This document shows, piece by piece, positions 58,791-64,000 of a stretch of DNA of 64,000 nucleotides; the stretch's first letter is position 1, and each line of letters opens with the position of its first letter. Position numbers and translations under genes: made by a program. A model generated the notes under the pieces. The model did no database searches. It worked only from the letters and a program-made list of their open reading frames with translations, and was not told the DNA's origin. Source of the DNA: Spirochaetia bacterium (GTDB lineage: Bacteria; Spirochaetota; Spirochaetia; DSM-16054; Sediminispirochaetaceae); the NCBI GenBank assembly GCA_034520965.1, contig JAXHMY010000001.1:960001-1024000 (forward strand). Direction: 5' to 3'.

Positions 58791-59909
58791 TCAGCTAACC
58801 CGGTTCAGGCTGTAGTCGAGCAGATCGATGAGTATCTGCCGGTAGGCTTCCGACACCTGCTCCATTCCATCGATGAGCTCCCGGGCTTCTGCGGAATAAC
58901 GACGGCACACATCCAGCACCCATTCACGAATTCCATGCCGATCAACCAGACTGCGTACGTATTCCACCTCTTCAGCGCTAAGGTCGGGTTTACCGAACAG
59001 TGTATCCAGCCGCTGTTTTTCCTGAGAGTCGGCCCGCTCCATAAGAGCTACATGAAAAAGGGTTTTTTTTCCTTCGCTGATATCAGAGCCGATGGGCTTT
59101 CCAAGCTGCGCTTCCTCTCCGAACAAGCCCAGCTCATCATCCTTTAACTGAAACACAATTCCCAGCAGCTCACCTATCCGCTCCAGATCATCAAGCTGCT
59201 CCTGCCCTGCGCCGGCCAGATGCCCTCCGCATAGCAGGGGTAAAGAAAAAGTATAGCGGCCGGTCTTGTAACGGTACAGGTCGAATACTTCCTTTTCAGT
59301 TATTGGCGCTTTTGTCTGCCCCCAGTATACATCCAGCATTTGCGCCACCCCGACATAGGAGAGCTCGCGGCTGCAGATTTCGGATATCCGCATATTACCG
59401 GTTGCCCGAGAGACTTCCGACAAAATTTCAAAAGCAAGAAAAAAGGCGATGTCCCCCACGCAGATACCCATGGATTCCCCTGTGTGGTAGGCCTCAGAAA
59501 ATTGCTTTTCCTGGGCAAGGGACACATACTGCGCATACACTGATTTGTCGCCGCGCCGTCTTTCATCACGGTCCATGATATCGTCATGAATAAGAAAGGC
59601 CGATTGAAACAGCTCCATTACCCCGCCTACGGCGCTTACCGACCGTGGAGGTACTAAAAACTCGGAGCTCGGGGCGGTTTTTTCAGTGGCGGTGCTCTCG
59701 GCTGAGGTGCCCTCAGCTGCGGTGAGAAAATAGGCCAAGGCCACCAGCCCGCCCCGCAGCATTTTTCCCTTTCCGGCAAAATCCTGAATTTTGAAGCCGC
59801 TCTCACCGCCCATAGGATGGACCCGGTTCAGATCGGCGCTTTTTGCTGCGAGAAACTCGCTTAGATAATGATTAATAATCTGTTTTTGTTGTGCGAAAAA
59901 CTCTTTCAT
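58791..59909 (-). CDS. crtE: Polyprenyl (geranylgeranyl) diphosphate synthase
   Basis: 'GKMLR', 'LIHDDIMDRDERRRG', 'YKTGRYT', 'FQLKDD', 'GSDISEGK'; lies in the carotenoid operon. Confidence 0.88.
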   Translation of the reverse strand: MKEFFAQQKQIINHYLSEFLAAKSADLNRVHPMGGESGFKIQDFAGKGKMLRGGLVALAYFLTAAEGTSAESTATEKTAPSSEFLVPPRSVSAVGGVMELFQSAFLIHDDIMDRDERRRGDKSVYAQYVSLAQEKQFSEAYHTGESMGICVGDIAFFLAFEILSEVSRATGNMRISEICSRELSYVGVAQMLDVYWGQTKAPITEKEVFDLYRYKTGRYTFSLPLLCGGHLAGAGQEQLDDLERIGELLGIVFQLKDDELGLFGEEAQLGKPIGSDISEGKKTLFHVALMERADSQEKQRLDTLFGKPDLSAEEVEYVRSLVDRHGIREWVLDVCRRYSAEARELIDGMEQVSEAYRQILIDLLDYSLNRVS

Positions 59910-59922
59910 GCTTCCTCCAGAT

Positions 59923-60603
59923 TTATACAACCAGCAGCTGTAATCCTATAAAAAAAATAAATTGTATGCCCACGTACCACTCCGGTAAGCGTGTTTTGGC
60001 GGTAAGACCAAGTTTACGGTAGACCCAACCGGCCGCCGCCGCAATCAAGAACCATGCCGCATAGTTCTGCAGAGGAATCTGGCCCCCCTCCCACTGCCAA
60101 TAATCAAGTCCAATTGCAACCGGCTCCAGGGCATAATCATAGATTACACATACAGCACCGACTATCAGGGCAGACAACAGCGGCGAGGCTGTGAGACCTT
60201 CGCTTAGCCGGGCAGCTCCCAGAACCACAATTACCCAGTTAAAACCGATTACCAGGGGTACCTCGGCAAGCTGCAGGCCAAGCACCTGTCCGTACTGATA
60301 GGCTCCGAAAACTTTACCGGTCTGTACACCAATAATCTCCAGGCTTAAGGTGACCCCATAGGTGATGAGCGCCCACAGCCACACCCCCTTTCGCCCCTCC
60401 CTTGCCAGAGGAAACAGCGCCAGTACCCCGAATACCAGCAGCACTAGAGGGGTAAGCTGCAGCATATACGGAAGGGTAGCCGGAACTGCGTGCAAAATTA
60501 GGCCGACTAAATAAAAATCGGCAATAATCAATAGAAGAAGCTGATCCCTGGGAAGTTCTTTTAATTTTGCGACTATTTTTGCGACTATAGATGACACCGC
60601 CAC
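59923..60603 (-). CDS. cruF: Carotenoid 1,2-hydratase-like membrane protein (CruF/DUF422)
   Basis: 'EIIGVQTGKVFGAYQYG', 'VPLVIGFNW', 'DYALEPVA', 'IPLQNYAAWF'. Confidence 0.85.
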   Translation of the reverse strand: MAVSSIVAKIVAKLKELPRDQLLLLIIADFYLVGLILHAVPATLPYMLQLTPLVLLVFGVLALFPLAREGRKGVWLWALITYGVTLSLEIIGVQTGKVFGAYQYGQVLGLQLAEVPLVIGFNWVIVVLGAARLSEGLTASPLLSALIVGAVCVIYDYALEPVAIGLDYWQWEGGQIPLQNYAAWFLIAAAAGWVYRKLGLTAKTRLPEWYVGIQFIFFIGLQLLVV

Positions 60604-60623
60604 ACTCTTACTCCTTTTTCTGA

Positions 60624-62108
60624 TTACATTTTTTTCCTGATTACATCTGCAGCAATTTTCCCGGACAATACTGCTAATGGCATACCACCTCCGGGGTGCA
60701 CACTGCCGCCGCAGAAATAGAGACCCCTGCAACGGCGGCTGCGGGCCGGGTGGCGTAAGAAGGCGGCGGTTTTGGTGTTCGAACTGATGCCGTAAAGGCT
60801 GCCGTAGTAGCTGCCCGTCTCTTCTTCAATTTGCGCCGGAGTCAGCACCTCCTCTACCGCAATATCATCGGCCACCGAGCGGCCGAGGGCCTGCTCAAGC
60901 CGAACCAAGACCCGCTCCCGGGTTCGGGCTGTTTCACTTTCCCAGTCCTGCCCGTTGTTGCGGGGAGCATTCACCAGCACGAACCAGTTTTCGCCCCCCG
61001 CCGGTGCATCCCCCGGGGCCAGCTTACTGGTGATGTTCACATACACCGTAGGGTCATCCGGACAGCGCAGCTCAGAAAAAAGGGACTTAAACTCCGCCGG
61101 ATAATCCCGGGAAAAGAAAATATTGTTCACCGTCAGTTCGGGGTAGCTGCTCTTCATTCCCCAGAAAAATACCAAGCCGCTCGAAGAGGCTTCCAGCTGC
61201 CGGTAACGCCGCGCGTAGGGCGCCTCCGGATCCTGCAGCAGCACTTCATAGGTTCGGCGGGCATCAATATTGCTCAGGACTATGTCCGCCGGCAGCTCGC
61301 CGGCGGCTGTAACCACCCCGGTGGCGCGTCCATTCTGCACACTGATACTCTCTATCGGCTGCTCAAAATGAAACTCAACCCCCAGCTCCTCCGCCAGTGC
61401 CCGCATCGCCCGGGGCAGGGCGTAAATACCGGTTTTAGAGGCATAGGCCCCCATATTATACTCGACATGAGGAATTATGTTGAGGGTGGCCGGAACCTGA
61501 TACGGATCGGACCCGTTATAGGTGGCGTAGCGGTTAAAGAACTGCTGCATCCGCGGGTCATGGAAAAAACTGCGGATCGCCGTATCCATCGACCGGCGGG
61601 CATCCAGCTTTCCCCGACTGAGAAGCCCCTTCCAGACCTTTGGACTAAGATAGGTACCCACCTCGTGAAGGCTGTGCATTAGAAACAGTTCGGCGGTTTT
61701 CTTATATATTCCACGGCTGTATTTTAAGAAGCGCCCCACACTCTCGGCGGAATCATCAGTTTTAGCGGCAACCTCACGGGCAAAGTCCTCGGGGTTGCCG
61801 CGGGAGGCCAACTCGGTCCCGTCGGGGAAAAAATAGGAACATACCGTATCGAGCTGTTCAAACTGCACGTAATCCTCCAGCCGCCGGCCGACAGACTCAA
61901 AGAGTTCTGCAAATACCTCCCGCATAGTGATCAATGATGGACCACGGTCAAAGCGGTACCCCCCAAGCTCCAGCGAACCGGCCTTGCCTCCGGCATAGGA
62001 CTGCTGCTCGTACACATCTACCTTCCAGCCCTGGGCAGCCAGCCGGATAGCGGCGGATAAGCCGCCGAAGCCGGCCCCGATAATTGCAATTCTCTTACCC
62101 TTTCTCAT
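60624..62108 (-). CDS. CrtI-superfamily desaturase, most like hydroxycarotenoid 3,4-desaturase (CrtD type)
   Basis: 'IIGAGFGGLSAA', 'YRFDRGPS', 'RYATYNGSDPY', 'LYFCGGSVHPGGGMP'. Confidence 0.88.
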   Translation of the reverse strand: MRKGKRIAIIGAGFGGLSAAIRLAAQGWKVDVYEQQSYAGGKAGSLELGGYRFDRGPSLITMREVFAELFESVGRRLEDYVQFEQLDTVCSYFFPDGTELASRGNPEDFAREVAAKTDDSAESVGRFLKYSRGIYKKTAELFLMHSLHEVGTYLSPKVWKGLLSRGKLDARRSMDTAIRSFFHDPRMQQFFNRYATYNGSDPYQVPATLNIIPHVEYNMGAYASKTGIYALPRAMRALAEELGVEFHFEQPIESISVQNGRATGVVTAAGELPADIVLSNIDARRTYEVLLQDPEAPYARRYRQLEASSSGLVFFWGMKSSYPELTVNNIFFSRDYPAEFKSLFSELRCPDDPTVYVNITSKLAPGDAPAGGENWFVLVNAPRNNGQDWESETARTRERVLVRLEQALGRSVADDIAVEEVLTPAQIEEETGSYYGSLYGISSNTKTAAFLRHPARSRRCRGLYFCGGSVHPGGGMPLAVLSGKIAADVIRKKM

Positions 62109-62121
62109 ACTAAATCCCTTG

Positions 62122-63051
62122 TTATTTCCCTTGCGGAAGGGCAGCCCTGCCGGCCCGCCCCGCGGTAATCGGTGCGGCTACACTGTTATACAAAGCCTGC
62201 AGGATAATGCGCAGTTTCCGAGGTTTCACCTGTCCCTCGTATACCACCATAGGGTTGCGCTCAATCTGCTTGGCAGTCCAGATGTACATATCGGCGGCGG
62301 TTTTTATGGGCAGCAGATAGCGGTAGGGGATGAACCGGTAGCCCCTTTCAGCCTCCCGCTGCCAGCCCATATACAAGCCGATTTGTGCGCTATGGAACCT
62401 GCGGAATTCCGCAATATGCTGCTTTACATAGTCATACTCAAGACTGGTAAGAGCCGTATCGGTGAGGGGCAGGTATCTTCTGCCAAGCCCATTATCCTCT
62501 TTAATATCCCGGATAAAATTGATGTACTGCATAGCCCTCCCCAGCATCCTGGCGGCGTGCTGTGCCTCAGGGGGAAGCTGTAATATTTTTGACATATACA
62601 AACCGATTACCTCGGCCGAGCCGTAGATATATTCCAGGCTCTCCTGGAGGCTGTTGTACTCTTTTTTAAATAGGTCCTTTTCCATAGAACCGAGAAAGGC
62701 CTCGGTCCAGGCCGGGTCGAAGCCCCTCCGCCGATGCAGCTCTACAAAGCGGTCAATAATCGGATCGCCTGTGGGGCCGCCGCTAGGGCCGCCCGACTGC
62801 TCTGCCTGCACCGGCTCCGGCGCGGACGCCGGAGCCTCCGTCTGCGCAAGGGCCCGCCGATAGGAGTCGCAGAAGCGGTAAAACCCGTCATGGTCCTGGG
62901 GCAGCTCATCCACAAAGTTGTCCGCCCTGCGCACAAAGGCGTACAGATAAAAGACATCCCGCCGTACCTCCGCCGGAAAAAACCGGCTGCTGTTAAAATA
63001 GGTTTTGCTGCCGGATTTAAATGTCTGATAGTGTACTTCTTCGATTTTCAT
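62122..63051 (-). CDS. crtB: Phytoene synthase
   Basis: 'SKTYF', 'LYAFVRRADNFVD', 'YIYGSAEVIG', 'NFIRDIKED', 'GRRYLP'. Confidence 0.94.
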   Translation of the reverse strand: MKIEEVHYQTFKSGSKTYFNSSRFFPAEVRRDVFYLYAFVRRADNFVDELPQDHDGFYRFCDSYRRALAQTEAPASAPEPVQAEQSGGPSGGPTGDPIIDRFVELHRRRGFDPAWTEAFLGSMEKDLFKKEYNSLQESLEYIYGSAEVIGLYMSKILQLPPEAQHAARMLGRAMQYINFIRDIKEDNGLGRRYLPLTDTALTSLEYDYVKQHIAEFRRFHSAQIGLYMGWQREAERGYRFIPYRYLLPIKTAADMYIWTAKQIERNPMVVYEGQVKPRKLRIILQALYNSVAAPITAGRAGRAALPQGK

Positions 63052-63124
63052 AATCCGATCATATACATTCTGATTTATTTGTCAATTTACCGGCGAGCCG
63101 GTATTTTCTGGATGGTCGTGCTTT

Positions 63125-63496
63125 CTACAGAATCGAAATATTATATTTTGGAATTATAGTATCCTTTGTAATTAGTGTAAGGCCTTCTACCTGCGCTTGT
63201 GCGATTAACAATCGGTCGAAAGGATCACGATGGATATCAGGAAGTGCTCCTACTTGATATGCATGGTCATGAGTGATGGGTAGTTGAATGAATGGTTCCT
63301 GATACGCTTTTTCATACCAGTTCTTAGGAATTGATAGTTTTCCCAGGCCGGTTTTTATTGTGATTTCCCATATAACCACTGCACTAAGGTAAACATCATT
63401 ATGCGGATGTGCGATTTCTACTCTCAAATGCTCATCCAAAAGATCCGAATCATCCATCCACCACAAGAAAGCGTGGGTATCTAAAAGCAGTCTCAT
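63125..63496 (-). CDS. vapC: VapC PIN toxin
   Basis: 'LLLDTHAFLWW', 'WEITIK', 'HRDPFDRLLIAQA'. Confidence 0.94.
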   Translation of the reverse strand: MRLLLDTHAFLWWMDDSDLLDEHLRVEIAHPHNDVYLSAVVIWEITIKTGLGKLSIPKNWYEKAYQEPFIQLPITHDHAYQVGALPDIHRDPFDRLLIAQAQVEGLTLITKDTIIPKYNISIL

Positions 63497-63742
63497 TTAC
63501 GAACTCTTTTCTTCGATACCGAACTCAGAAGCAAAATCGGCAGGCAATTCATCAAAATCCTCATGGATATTAATCTGTCCCTTTAGACTGCCGGGGACAC
63601 GAGGTTCGCGGTCTTGTCTATAAGGGATAATCTTGGCAATGGGTTTTCCCGCCCGTCCTAGAATGATCTCTTCTCCCTCCACTACTCGCTGTAAGAGTGA
63701 TGATAGATGAGCTTTTGCCTCAGTTATAGTTCGCACTTCCAT
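63497..63742 (-). CDS. Phd/YefM family antitoxin
   Basis: 'ITEAKAHLSSLL', 'GEEIILGRAGKPIAKI', 'DFDELP'. Confidence 0.93.
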   Translation of the reverse strand: MEVRTITEAKAHLSSLLQRVVEGEEIILGRAGKPIAKIIPYRQDREPRVPGSLKGQINIHEDFDELPADFASEFGIEEKSS

Positions 63743-63820
63743 GTAACCTCCATATTGCAGAACAGACTAGACCAGGTCAGACCATATTAATACTATGCAA
63801 AAAAATCGCTGTAGTCAAGA

Positions 63821-63917
63821 CGCGGCCTCCAAACGTTGAGTTATCTAAAAATTTGCAAAAAAATTGATGCGAATTCTACATTTGGAAGACTTTTGACTTC
63901 CAAATGTAGAATCGCTG
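63821..63917 (+). mobile_element. MITE copy lacking the first hairpin, with 9-bp target duplication
   Basis: GCCTCCAAA...AAATTTGCAAA...ATTCTACATTTGGAAG..CTTCCAAATGTAGAATCGCTG. TAGTCAAGA at both 63812-63820 and 63918-63926. Confidence 0.82.
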
Positions 63918-63926
63918 TAGTCAAGA

Positions 63927-63947
63927 CAGCTATTCTCAGAATTGCTG
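63927..63947. repeat. Collapsed MITE (two termini joined)
   Basis: CAGCTATTCT-C-AGAATTGCTG. Confidence 0.62.
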
Positions 63948-64000
63948 CAGTATTCTCTGCAGGCGCGGGCGGTTGAATCGCTGGGCCAGCAGGCAGGGAA

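Noticed and set aside
55402..63926. TAGTCAAGAC shared between the ATPase repeats and the 63.8-kb target duplication
   Set aside because: It is explained by both containing a reverse-strand TTGACT -35 box, with no further similarity.
1..64000. tRNA, rRNA, prophage or integron
   Set aside because: No cloverleaf or rRNA signatures, phage structural genes, integrase or attC-type cassette array recognised by eye.

Overview
Chromosomal window from a free-living spirochaete-like bacterium (inferred from 'FAGGQQE'-type solute-binding-protein N-termini and a DUF2259-like gene). It contains a sigma-54 two-component system with two paralogous sugar-binding proteins and ABC permeases, an IS with a frameshifted transposase, a tandem-repeat coiled-coil membrane protein, and an oxidoreductase/PHP-hydrolase/sulfatase/LacI/ABC sugar locus. 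Further on are a FecR/outer-membrane cassette flanked by toxin-antitoxin modules, a complete citrate lyase operon (citCDEFXG), proS, a Fur-box-headed DUF5320/NifX/ferredoxin-ATPase/Mrp/DUF89 operon, a class II photolyase, a carotenoid cluster (crtB, crtD/crtI-like, cruF, crtE) and four PIN-type TA loci. The best candidate novel system (23.7-30.4 kb) is an unrecognised ~170-aa domain present twice on divergent genes: once fused to HU and once as an acidic stand-alone protein. The stand-alone copy heads an operon of a PPP-like phosphatase, a transmembrane Ser/Thr kinase, a membrane FHA protein and a VWA-TM-FHA protein. A ~140-bp double-hairpin MITE family with 9-bp target duplications and covarying stems occurs at least 5 times, often in promoters. 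Many genes, especially in the first 14 kb, carry single-base frameshifts that are probably sequencing errors. All calls come from reading motifs by eye; no database searches were run.
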